This document shows positions 52,340 through 63,930 of a DNA stretch of 64,000 nt, piece by piece (within the stretch, counting starts at the first letter, position 1; each line of letters starts with the position of its first letter). The notes below the pieces were generated by a model, which worked only from the letters and a program-made list of their open reading frames with translations, searched no databases and was not told where the DNA came from. The stretch covers positions 23,870,001-23,934,000 of the forward strand of contig OX597815.1 in the NCBI GenBank assembly GCA_951406725.2, written 5' to 3'. Source of the DNA: Octopus vulgaris. Its lineage: Eukaryota. Both the position numbers and the translations under genes were made by a program.

Positions 52340-52560
52340 TGTATGTGTGTGTCTTTGTGTCTGTTTGTCCCTCCATCATTGCTTGACAACTGCTGTTGGT
52401 GTGTTATGTCCCCATAACTTTGCGGTTAGCAACAGAGACCGATAGAATAAGTACTAGGCTTTAAAAAAAGTTCTGGGGTTGATTTGTTTGACTAAAATCC
52501 TTTGAGGTGGTGCTGCAACATGCCCACAAGTCAAATGACTGAAACGGATAATGAATAAAA
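52340..52560 (+). mobile_element. 3' half of CORE-type SINE
   Basis: gcttgacaactgctgttggtgtg..gatagaataagtactaggc..gtcaaatgactgaaac. Confidence 0.75.
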
Positions 52561-52756
52561 AAAATTTGTCTTTTGGTGTCTAATTTATTACAATTGTCAA
52601 ACTATTTCTAAGATTAGCTTTATAAATTAACTATTGACACTACAATTGTCCTGATGATTGTACCAGATGTTGTTTGCTCAACTGCTAACATGCAAAACCT
52701 CAATGACCAATGCTTTATTTACATTCAATCATAAATCAGTTATTTATTATGAGTCA

Positions 52757-53502
52757 CTTTTTATACCAGTCGAAGAAAATAATTTGTGTTATTTTGAAAT
52801 GATATCTTTGGTATTTTTGTCAAAATATTTTAAAGATGGAGTCTATTTTAATTATTATTACATCTTTATTCAAGATATTTTTAGTCACAAAATTCACATT
52901 CAGTTGAAGGTGAAAATAATGCAACCTTTAATGCATATCTTTTTTGTCCTATCCAATTTATACCAATTTATCAATTATTTTGAGTAAGCCACCCATTTTT
53001 ATAATGTTTAAATTAATAACCTTTCTTTTTATACCAGTCGAAGAAAATAATTTGTGTTATTTTGAAATAATATCTTTGGTATTTTTGTCAAAATATTTTA
53101 AAGATGGAGTCTATTTTAATTATCATTACATCTTTATTCAAGATATTTTTAGTCTAAAAAGAATTGACTCTGCAAAATTCACATTCAGTTGAAGGTGAAA
53201 ATAATGCAGCCTTTAACCCTTTCGTTACCAACCCGGCTGAAACCGGCTCTGACTCTGAGTACAAATATCTTGTTTTCATAAGTTTTGAATTAAAATCTTC
53301 CACCAAACCATAGTCACAGTTTATGTTTCTAACACTAGCTGAATGATAACTAAGTTATTTTAATAAATTCTCTGTTATATTTAAAGTAATTGAAAGAAAC
53401 ACAGAGCTTCTGAAAATAAATACAGTAATGAAAGGGTTAATGCATATCTTTTTTGTCCTATCCAATTTATACCAATTTATAATGTTTAAATTAATAACCT
53501 TT
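52757..53502. repeat. Tandem duplication of a ~270-bp unit (copy 1 52757-53024; copy 2 53025-53502 contains a MITE)
   Basis: ctttttataccagtcgaagaaaat...aattaataaccttt occurs twice, with two small indels. Confidence 0.9.
53217..53436. mobile_element. piggyBac-type MITE family B (CCCTTTCGTTAC ends)
   Basis: TTAA at 53213-53216 and 53437-53440; empty site at 52928-52931; ends match the 12970-14054 element. Confidence 0.9.
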
Positions 53503-53529
53503 CTTTTTTGTATTCTTTTCCTATCGTAG

Positions 53530-53633
53530 GTCCTATGAATCATTATCCGGAGGATATGCCTAATCCTTATGGTGCCAATACTGGACGTATGGCTCTAAGT
53601 TCTGATTACCTCACTAGAGACAATCCTCAGATG
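53530..53633 (+). CDS. Small coding exon of the RAI1/TCF20-like gene (GPMNHYPEDMPNPYGANTGRMALSSDYLTRDNPQM)
   Basis: Strong polypyrimidine tract + tag| acceptor, open frame, ATG|gtaagc donor; the phase-0 end fits the phase-0 start of the giant exon. Confidence 0.8.
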
Positions 53634-53652
53634 GTAAGCGAATATCTTTTAA

Positions 53653-53866
53653 CCCTTTAGCATTCAAACCGGCCATATCTGGCCAAAATATTTAACCTGT
53701 TTTATATTGAAACTGACCAGCTCTCACCTCAGCCCTACCATGTCATTCTAAAACTAAAAAATCACATCACTGAAATCTCTAAAACTACAAGATAATGCAT
53801 GATTAATTCAAAACAATATAAATAAACAAACATCACATTTGACAGAATAATCGGAACACTAAAGGG
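53653..53866. mobile_element. piggyBac-type MITE family A
   Basis: TTAA at 53649-53652 and 53867-53870; nearly identical to 2356-2574. Confidence 0.9.
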
Positions 53867-54179
53867 TTAATTGTTAAATAAAATTTGTTGTTTCATTTTT
53901 ATGTTTTCATTTCATGGCTGTTTTAATATCAACAATTCATTAGAATCTGAGATATGCCATATAAGATATTAATTTTAAAAGAAAATCTATAATAACGCAT
54001 TTTTAGTATTATCTATTGAATTACATTTGAGTTTTCTGAGCAGACTCATCTAATATGTAGCTAAGGTACTATTATTAAATTTTAATCACAAGAATTATGT
54101 CCCTTTGTAAGCTTATCCTACTTGTCTGCCTCACTGAAAATAGATATCATTCTCGCCTGTTGAAAAACATCATCAGTTT

Positions 54180-54470
54180 CATTCATCTTCATTTAATGCC
54201 TGATTTCCGTGCTGGCTTTGATGGAAAGCTGACAAGACCAGGGGCCACACCTGACTCCATTGCCTATTTTGGTATGGTTTCTACTGGTAGATACCCTTCC
54301 CAATGCCAACCACTTTACAGTGTACTTGGTGCTTTTTACATGGCACTGGCTTTGGTCAGCCTGATGCTATAGTAGAAGACACTTGTCCAAGGTTCCACAC
54401 AGAGGGACTGAACCTGGAACCACGAGGTTGGTAAGCAAGCTTCTTGCAACATAGCCACGCCTGCACCTAT
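54180..54470 (-). mobile_element. Composite SINE: tRNA/CORE head fused to one module + RTE tail
   Basis: Minus strand head ..ctatagcatcaggctgaccaaagcc joins directly to agtgccatgtaaaaagcacc..gtggttggcattgggaaggg. Confidence 0.7.
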
Positions 54471-54857
54471 ACAAGATTTTTTTTATTTATTAAATGGAGT
54501 AAGGGCAAACTAATAAGGCTAACAAACAACCTGAGCATCAGATTGCTGTAAAAATACTTCATATGCAAGTATCAACATTTTCACACACATTCATTGCATA
54601 CTAGCATTTTCAGAGAAGTTAAATATATTTCATGAAATAGTTCTAAAATTATTAAAAGGAGGTCAAAATTGAGTTCTTTCAAATAAAATATCTTTTGAGG
54701 AAGCCTTCATTTTTGCTTTTTAATTGCTATAATAATTTTTTTCTGTCTCTTGCATTTATACTGAATCTCAAAATTGATAAAGATTTGGGCAACTTATTTG
54801 CCGAAGTTCTAAACATAATCAGTGAGTGTTATTCTGATGTCTTTTGTGTATTTGTAG

Positions 54858-57800
54858 ATGAGTCGTGGTATGTCTGGTTATCCACTGCAGAGTTATGGCG
54901 ATCATCCTTCCAGTCATATGATGCTTTCCCAACAAACTTCTTTTCATGGACACAATGCCGCTGCAGCTGCAGCAATGTACAACCAACATAACCAGTCTCA
55001 ACAGTTCATGGGACAACGTTTTTCTAGCCCCTACCAAGCCTCTCATTATTCTTCTATGGGTGCTGTGGCACAGAGTTCCGCTGCTGCTGCTGCTGCTGTA
55101 CAAATGTCAGCTGCACAAATGTCACAGCTATCAGCTGCGCAGATGTCCAGTATGGCCAGCAACTCCATGTACAGTTCATCACCTGCTTCTTCTTCTAGTT
55201 CTTCCCACAATCCGCATTCTCATCCATATATGCGACACTCCTCCAGTTGCCAGAACCCACAGCAAGTAGCCGACAACATTTTGCAAATGGCTTCGGTAAA
55301 CTATCCTAGTAATCAGACAGTACATGTTCCCATCAACAAGAGCCGGACTGCACCATATCACCTACCCCGCTCACCTCAGTATAGCATGCAGACTTGTAAC
55401 AGTCCTGTTCAGCCTCAGATGCGTCACAATGCTGCTCAGTATGGCTATCCTAGTACATCACCCCATCCACCTGCAGCCCGGACATCTCCGATAAGCCCTA
55501 TGTTGATGCATAGTCCAGCAAGTCATCATAGTAACCAGTCTATGCCAAATTCCAGTCCTGTCTCTTTACATAGTCCTGCTCCAGCCAATGTGAAATCTCC
55601 TGTCACTACGCCGTCCCCAATTACAAGTAGTCTTCGTTCGCCTTGTGCTGTTCAATCGATGACGTCGCCTGTGGGCTGTGGAAAACAGATTTGCTCTCCT
55701 CCACATTCAATAAACAGTTCTTCTGGGATGCAACAGTCTCCGTTAGGCAGTAACAGTAGTAGTGGTTATGTTTCATGCAACACTAGTATTAAGTCTCCAG
55801 GTCCACAACAACATCAACAACAACAACAACAGCAGCAGCAGCAGCAGCAACAACAACAACAACAACAACAACAACCACAACAACAGCCACCACAACAACA
55901 ACAGCATCATCATCATCAACATCATCAACAGCCTCAACAACAACAACCACAACATCAGCAACAGCCACAGCAACAAAGACCTCCATCTCAAAATCGATAC
56001 TCTCCTCATCCCATAGGTTCCCCTATCAGCCATGCAGGCTCACCATATGCATTGTCAAAAGCTCATATTAACAGTCCCCCTCAAAGCCAAAACTTTCAAC
56101 ATACACCATCAATGAGCCCATATGTTAGTGATGCCTCCCAGGACTCCACTGCTAGCCAATCTACAGCAGCTCCTCTTGTTGTCAAGAACCCCTTACAATC
56201 ACTCGAAAAACTTGTGTTGCTTCCAGAGTCACAAGTGATAGATCCAAAGAGTGTAGTCAATGATGCTTGTCTACCCTCCCCCTCTCATAATAATGAAGGC
56301 CCAAAAAACTGTGATATTCCAAGTGATCATCGAAATTCTGGTGGCTGTATTTCTTCCAACTCGTCCTCAACCTCTTGCAGCAATAGTAGCACTGCCTGTG
56401 GCAGTACCAGTTGTACTGATGGAAAACACTGTGATAATGGCAACACAACCACTAGCAACAATTCTGGCTCTAACAAGTCAGACTATTCATTTAAAATATC
56501 ACCACCTCCACCACCAAACCCTACTATAGCTCCTCTTTCATTGCCTCCTGCTTCTTCAACACTGGAAGACAATGGGGCCCTTCACGGTCTCCTAGCCAAA
56601 CAAGACAATAACCTGAACACAAAGGCATCACCACAACAGGTTTCAGTTCCTCCACCATCTCCTACGCTCAAGTGGGATGTGCGCTTTGCTGAGGACACCA
56701 GTAACAATACTGTGAGTCACACTGAAACATCTGCTGACACAAAACTACCAGATCAATTGGATATTCCAACATTTAATAATAAAGTCCCATTTCAATCTAA
56801 ATTGGAAAACTCTCCAGTTGAAATGAAACATGAAGTGGTTTCTTTTGAAAGCAATAAGCAAGATATTCTTGACTCGGATAACAGCAGTACTGCCACTGTG
56901 AATTCTAGCGTAAGTGCACCATTAGATGATACATCTTCATCTTCAGCAATTTCCAATTCATTGTTCTCTCCTGAACAGAATTCTATAAATGCTAGTGTTA
57001 CTTCTTGCTCAAATACTGCAACTCCATCTCAAACTACCAGCAAGTCAGGCTGCCTTGTTGGAAATCCTAGCACTGATTCAGCTAATACACCACCACACTC
57101 AATGTCCTCAGCCGTCTCTGCTCCGTTGTTTTCTCAGCCTCTCGCTGATATAGAAGTAGAAATGGAAACTAACAGCCAAGATGATAATGAGACACCTGCA
57201 TCTCCGAAGCAACTCCAGTGCTCGCCGAATCCTCTGGTTAATGGTATAACAGATGTCTATCCAAGTCCCGACCTCTCGCAAAGTAAAGAAGAAACTTTGT
57301 GTCTCAGTCCAAAATGTGAAGATGGCATTTCTTGCTCCCCAAAAGAAAACAAGAACCAACATAAAGAAAATACTGCTGAACTACAAGTAGAAATTAAACT
57401 AGATGTCAAAACTGAGTCGTCTGAAGGTGCCAATAATCCAAATCCTTCAGGTTCTTTGAAAAGTAACGAGAATCCACCTCAAGCAACCCGTCGCAGTCCC
57501 AGAAAGAAAATGACTGTGAATACTAGCCTTTCCACTGATGTCAATGTGGTGACTGCATCAACCACTGCAATCATTAACACAAACACATCCTTCACAGTGT
57601 CATCACCTGTATATTCTACAAGTGAAAGCAGTGCACTGACAAATAATTCTCTTTCTACTCCTACTTCCTTATCAGCCCTCCTTCCTGTTACTACTACTAC
57701 TACCACTACTACTACGACTGCTACAACTACTACTACTACTACAACTGCTGCTGCTGCTGTCAAGCAAAGTGTGCAAACTAGTGCTACTCAGACAAATCTT

Positions 57801-59867
57801 AGCAAAGTGAAGAGATCAAAGCGTATCCAAAATAACCAAACTGTAAAAGCAATAGCTCAGAAAGAAGAACAAGACAATGAAACCAGCTCTCGGCTTCGTG
57901 TACGTAAAGATTCAGGTAACACGTATACGCGGCAAATGCGTAATTCTTTACTCCGATCAATTACAACTTCTCAGAGTAAGGTGTACGCTGGTGGGGGGCC
58001 AGAGATTACTGGCAGTTGTGAATTGGATACCGTTGATGATGAGCACATATCAAGAGATGAAGAGCCAGCAGAAGAAAGAACGAACGGTTGTGAGCAAACG
58101 AAAACCTTGTCCAATTCTGACAGTGCTCTGGACAACAGCAAAGAAGAAGGTAGTACAACAGAACAATCCAAGTTAGAGCTGGATACAGACAGTCTCTTTC
58201 AAAAAGACAGTATCGAGTTAGTTGGTGATAATACTTCTCAGTCTAAGAAAGAGGAATTGAGCCAGACTCCAAAAAATAAAAAACGAGGCAGTAGCCGAAT
58301 CAGCCAACAAACAAAATCTTCTCAAGAAGAGAAAAGTCACACAGCTCTTGGCCCTGCACCTGAAGAGAACAAAAAATGTCTCTTTGAAAGGCCTACCCAT
58401 TCAACTTCCAACGAGGAAGAACAAATAGATAATACCACAGTAATAAAAAAAGAACCATGTGATGAAGATGAGCAACATTCCACGACAGCTGCGAAAGCTA
58501 GTCCCATGGAGCATGACGTCAGTGGAGAAGATAGTAGTCGCACTCCAGAACCAATGGTAAGAAGACGCCGAAAGCGACAAGATTCATCATCTGTAGACTT
58601 TGACTGTGTTGTGGATACAAATATAATGGTTGATTCTGTATCTTATGATGAAAATATTCTCTGTTCTAAGAGAAAAAGGACAATTAAATCTGAAGTTTTT
58701 CCTTCAAGAAATCCGGAACCAGAACCTGCACCAATTTCTAAAGCACCTGTAGAAATCTTGGAAATAGACTTGACTGACGAGAGTAATCCTATTAAGCAGG
58801 AATTTTCCAATAACATGGAGAATAACTCTGACTTAAGTGATGAAGAAGCAAGTGATAGCAAGGCTAATGAGCTTTGCCCTGACCCTCAACTTTCTTTAAA
58901 TGTTGAATTTAAAGAAGAATTGACACCCTCTGAAACAAATGAAACTGATGGGGCAATGACACCTGACAAGAAGAGCAGCACATCTGCTGGTAAAAAGAAA
59001 AAGAAAGGGCGACCGCCAGCAAAAGGGTCTTTGCGGGGTCGAAAGATAAGTCGTGGCAAGTCTGATATTTATAGCGCTTTTCCCCCTGATAGTGACTCTT
59101 TCAAGTCTTTGAAACTGAAAAAAACAATGGATTTAATGTCCAGCACCAAAAAGAAAAAAAATGAGATGGGATCTGTTACAACTGGTCCATTTATACGGAT
59201 GACGACTATAAAGGATGAACCTGCAAACTGCATAGTTGTTAATCAACACCAAGAAGACAATGACTCCAAATTGAACAAGAAGTCTAAAATCAAATGTCCC
59301 TCAACCGGATCTTCAGTTCAGATATCTAATTTACCGTCTGAAAAATCTGTCTTAGTTCCCAGAACCTCTTTAATCGGGGATGTTTGGGTTTGTGTACTGT
59401 GTGGTAAAGGTAGCACTTACAAATTTCTCGGAGATTTATTTGGACCTTATTATCCAGAGGGCTTCCACCCCACTGTAAAATCAGAAAAACCTGACAAAGT
59501 GCAGGTTCCTCCAGCATTGACTGCACCTCCTTTACCGTCACCTCTTGGCCAAGCCTCTAACCCTGACAGCTCACCTAATGCTTCAACCTTGACTCCTATT
59601 TCTGAAGATTTATCCAAAATGGACAGTAAACACAAACGGAAGAGGACTTTACCTTTTGTTGAGCAAACCAGTGGTATTGACAGGCGAATACGAAAGTCAT
59701 CAAGTGATGAACGAGGTTGTGGCAGTGATGTAGACTGTGAGCAGTTAAATTCTGATGTATCTGAGGTTTGGGTCCATGAAGATTGTGTTGTTTGGTCAGA
59801 CGGTGTATATTTAATAGGGAATAAACTGTATGGTCTTGAAGAGGCAGCTGCAATTGCTTCAGCTACA
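54858..59867 (+). CDS. TCF20/RAI1: Giant exon (1670 codons) of a RAI1/TCF20 (SPBP)-family transcriptional co-regulator with extended PHD
   Basis: Acceptor tttgtag|ATG and donor ACA|gtgagt. Motifs WVCVLCGK..LGDLFGPYY and EVWVHEDCVVWSDGVYLIGNKLYGLEEA match the split C2HC pre-PHD finger of TCF20/RAI1. Also GPFIRM..CIVVN (RAI1/TCF20 conserved block), KKKKGRPP AT-hook-like/NLS, and an S/P/Q-rich N-terminus with polyQ. Confidence 0.92.
55806..55976 (+). repeat. Coding CAA/CAG/CAT repeat (polyQ with His/Pro interruptions)
   Basis: Direct reading of caa/cag runs in frame with the giant exon. Confidence 0.95.
57690..57746 (+). repeat. Coding (ACT)n-type repeat giving poly-Thr
   Basis: actactact... 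in frame; TTTTTTTTTTATTTTTTTT in the translation. Confidence 0.9.
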
Positions 59868-60033
59868 GTGAGTAACATTTTACTTCTCTCGTATATTTTC
59901 AAACTTTTTTTGCAATTATTTTGTATAGAAAAATGTTTAAGTGACTTGTGTAATGTTAGTTTGAGATTGATTTTTATGAACATCCTTGCATTGTTTATTA
60001 GCAAGATATGCTTAATTAGAATCAGTAAGAGAA

Positions 60034-60407
60034 CCTATTTAAAAATGTATCTAAACGGCAAAATGTCTGTCTGTGTGTATGTCCTTTATACAAATCCACG
60101 ATTTTTCAGTTAGAGGGCTCGCACTTTCTATGGTCATTCAAAACCATCGAAGGGTGGTCGTGCACATCTTTACATTTCTCCAGTCACCCCGCAAAGCCAT
60201 TGAAAAATCAATAGAAGTGACTTTTTTGTGAATTTTCTATCCAAAACCTAATCAGAATGCCCGAAACTTGATACGCCAATTGAATGCCAGCTAGCTGTAT
60301 GTGATTGGTCGGAAATTTGGACAGTACTCGTGTGTATGTGCGCACGCACGCAGCTGTATATGCATGCACTAGCACTATGACCCAGCATTGCCAGGTCATA
60401 GTGCTAG
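60034..60407 (+). mobile_element. Helitron-like non-autonomous element
   Basis: 5' ctatttaaaaatg..gtctgtctgtgtg, 3' hairpin and CTAG|T end. Confidence 0.6.
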
Positions 60408-61258
60408 TCCTATAAAAATGTCAAGAGGAAGAAAGTGCTTAAGTTTTGTTCAAATTAATTTCATGTAGTAGATAAAATAACTTGTGTTGAAATTTTGACC
60501 AGCTTAACTTCTATGTAGGAGATACTAATAACTGCTTGTCAGTTTGCATACTCAACTCTTAATTAGAAACAGAATTTTGCCATCCCTTTCTTTTACTCAT
60601 TCACGTATGTGTCTTGATTATTAGAGCATAGCTAATAGCAATAAGTAGCATAATGTCTAAGCTATATATAATAGGGAAAAAAAAAACTGAACTTGTGTAA
60701 AATGTTTGCATGTAAATAAAGTGACCTGGTATATGTAGAAAGAAATGTTTCAAACAAGATTTGTTGGGTATGTAATAATGTAACTTATTGCAAGTTATGA
60801 AGCAGATATCTATGTTAGTCATTTAATGCAAGAGAGACAACTGTACTGATATAAATGGTAGTCACGAAATGAAAATGTGGGTTTAACAACTAGAGCATTG
60901 CAGTTCCAACCTGGCTGGTTCTCATTCAGTTTTTTGATGCAGACAGGATCATGTTTTTCAATCAGAGCTTTAACCTCAAAACTGGTTTTGAATGAAATTA
61001 GACATATACTTCGTTTTTGGATTTGGTTTGCAAATCTTCCATGCTTCCTGAGATTCGCCAACACTACACCTGATTTTCTCCCCTCCATACACACACAGGC
61101 ATGTATCTGACTCATACATTGTTCGCTTCCCAGACATTTTTACATTACTGCATGTACTTTATATGCACTTTCTGACAAGTTGTGGTTCTCCTGAGCACTG
61201 TATACAATAATTTCATTATATTATATATATTCTTTATATGAGTTCGTGTGTTGAAGCA

Positions 61259-61482
61259 TATTCTGTTGTGTCTGGGGAGAGTCATTTTCTTTTAGTGCTT
61301 TATAATGTAACACACTCACCGGTAAAATTTCCACTTATTTCTTCAAGACTATTGAAAAGGCTGCAAGACGTAATGAAAATTTTAGGAAAATTAAAATAAG
61401 AAATAAGTGGAAATTTTACCAGTGAGTGTGTTATATTATAAGGCACGAAAAGAAAATGACTCTCCCCAGACACAACAGAATA
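61259..61482. repeat. Inverted repeat, 85-bp arms with 54-bp spacer
   Basis: tattctgttgtgtctggggagagtcatttt.. / ..aaaatgactctccccagacacaacagaata. Confidence 0.9.
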
Positions 61483-61631
61483 GACATATACTCTTATATA
61501 GGTTTAAATAAATTTTCTGTCTCTACTTGTCTGGCTTTTTCATCACTACCATAATGGCTCCTGTTCCTCAGAGCTTACTGATTTCATACTTCCACCGCTC
61601 AGGTTCACATGATCCAAATGTTATCCCACCC

Positions 61632-61842
61632 CTCTTTTACTCTCTTTTACTTGTTTCAGTCATTTGACTGTGGCCATGCTGGAGCATCGCCTTTAGTCGA
61701 GCAAATCGACCCTGGGACTTATTCTTTGTAAGCCCAGTATTTATTCTATTGGTCTCTTTTGCTGAACCGCTAAGTAACGGGGACGTAAACACACCAGCAT
61801 CGGTTGTCAAGCAATGCTAGGGGGACAAACACAGACACACAA

Positions 61843-61889
<47 letters not shown>

Positions 61890-62000
61890 CATATATACGA
61901 CAGGCTTCTTTCACTTGCCCAAGACGCCACGCAGTGGGACTGAACCCGGAACCATGTGGTTGGTCAGCAAGCTACTTACCACACAGCCACTCCTGCACCT
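61632..62000 (-). mobile_element. tRNA/CORE-type SINE, minus strand, small internal deletion
   Basis: Reverse complement of the 49213-49607 family. Confidence 0.88.
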
Positions 62001-62385
62001 ATCAACTTTGTTGTATGTTTATGTGCATATACATCTTAACTTTTCAACAATAATTTCAAGGATATATCCACAAATGGTACTTTTATCGACACAGCTATTA
62101 TGTTACATATGATCCAATTGTCATTCCTCCTATCTCTCTTAAATGTTTATTGTGATGTAGTGATTTGTAAATGTGTTTAAAATTATGATTCTGTCATTGA
62201 CTAATTACTGTTACCTTAATAACACTCAAAATTAACAGCATTTCCACACCAGTTTGTTTAATTAATTTTTTGATGTCATGTCAGAAAACAAGAACTTTTC
62301 TTACACAATAAAAGAAGAGTGACATGCTATTTTTGATACTGTAAATAATTCCTTTGAGCTTGTGTGTATTGATGAGAATGGTGTA

Positions 62386-62762
62386 GTGGAGGCGCAATGG
62401 CCCAGTGGTTAGGGCAGCGGATTCGCGGTTTCGATTCCCAGACCGGGCGTTGTGAGTGTTTATTGAACGAAAACACCTAAAAAAGCTCCACGAGGCTCCA
62501 GCAGGGGATGGTGGTGATCCCTGCTGTACTCTTTCACCACAACTTTCTCTCACTCTTACTTCCTGTTTCTGTTGTGCCTGTATTTCAAGGGGCCGGCCTT
62601 GTCACTCTCTGTGTCACGCTGAATATCCCTGAGAACTACGTTAAGGGTGCACGTGTCTGTGGAGTGCTCAGCCACTTACACGTTAATTTCACGAGCAGGC
62701 TGTTCCGTTGATTCGGATCAACCGGGACCCTCATCGTCGTAACCGACGGAGTGCTTCCATCC
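62386..62762 (+). mobile_element. Young tRNA-derived SINE (third family) with 18-bp TSD
   Basis: TSD attgatgagaatggtgta at 62368-62385 and 62763-62780. Confidence 0.92.
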
Positions 62763-62808
62763 ATTGATGAGAATGGTGTATCACTGAGTTCCATAGTACT
62801 GGCATGGA

Positions 62809-63024
62809 ATTACTCTTTGTCATTTAAACCGATGATATCCAGGCCAAATATTCTACCTGTCTTACATTGAAACCAGCCACATCTGGCCTTTCAATAATGT
62901 CAGTCTAAAAATAAACAATGACATCACTGAAATCTTGAACTTATTAGATAATGCATGATTAATTCAAAACAGTGTGAATAAATAAGCATTACATTTGACA
63001 GCAATCTGAATGCTGAATGATTAA
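62809..63024. mobile_element. Degenerate piggyBac-type MITE family A
   Basis: Internal gataatgcatgattaattcaaaac..aagcattacatttgaca retained; ends decayed. Confidence 0.65.
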
Positions 63025-63930
63025 CTTGAGATACATAGTAGAGGTGGTACAATGTAAGTTATGTATACTATAACTATCTAAATATGACTGGTCTAGAGAT
63101 TGGGATTATAACCTAAAATTTGATTATATTATGACAGAAAAGGTAAGCAACAAATATTCATTCATGTGAAATTGGACTATTTCACTTAGTTCTGTGGGAA
63201 ATTTTTTTGTGAACATAATTCATTGTTTTTATATTTCTTTTTTTTTTTTTATTATTATTTGAAAAGGGCTGAATGTGTCAAATAATATTGAGGATGGATA
63301 AAAACAATTATTGAACAAAATAAATAAATAAAATAGAAATAAACTGGATTAGTATTTGTACTGGGACTTTAGTATTCATGCTGATTGAGCTATTCAGATT
63401 AATAGAGCAGCTGAAAAATCATTTTCACAAAATGTGTTTGTTCATAGATACGTCAATTCCAGTTGACGGCAACACTTCTGTGAAAGTGCTTGGAAAGTTA
63501 AGTAGATACATGGAGACCTTGAAATAGAGATCTGAAAAATATAGCAAATGTGATTATCAGAGCTTTGGAGATAATAGCAAATGACAATGTGATCAAGTGA
63601 AGAGACCCCAAAGTATCAGAATTACAAAAAATTGTTCTCATGGACACTGTCTACATCATGAGAAAAACTCTGTCAACCTGAGAATATCTCAGTGTTTTAA
63701 ACTCTTTCAAAATTGAAAATATTACAAGCCACTTTTATTGAAAACTTAATTCTCTGTATTTGGTCTCCATTTTCAGCAATGTATCATTGCTACTCCATAA
63801 GTAACAGTCACAGTAAAATTTACACCTTGAGATATCTGGACGAGGTTTGGAACAGCTCATATGAAATAAAACAAAATAATAATAATAATAATAATAAACA
63901 CTTGTAGAAAAGATTTGTTGCAAATGTTTT

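Noticed and set aside
55762-57763. Antisense and alternate-frame ORFs (poly-L, poly-V, poly-N)
   Set aside because: Shadows of the coding trinucleotide repeats.
59868-60113. C-terminal 81 aa of the 1751-aa ORF (VSNILLLSY...)
   Set aside because: Follows a consensus gtgagt donor, is AT-rich intron-like, replaces the expected PHD cysteines and runs into a Helitron-like repeat: intron read-through.
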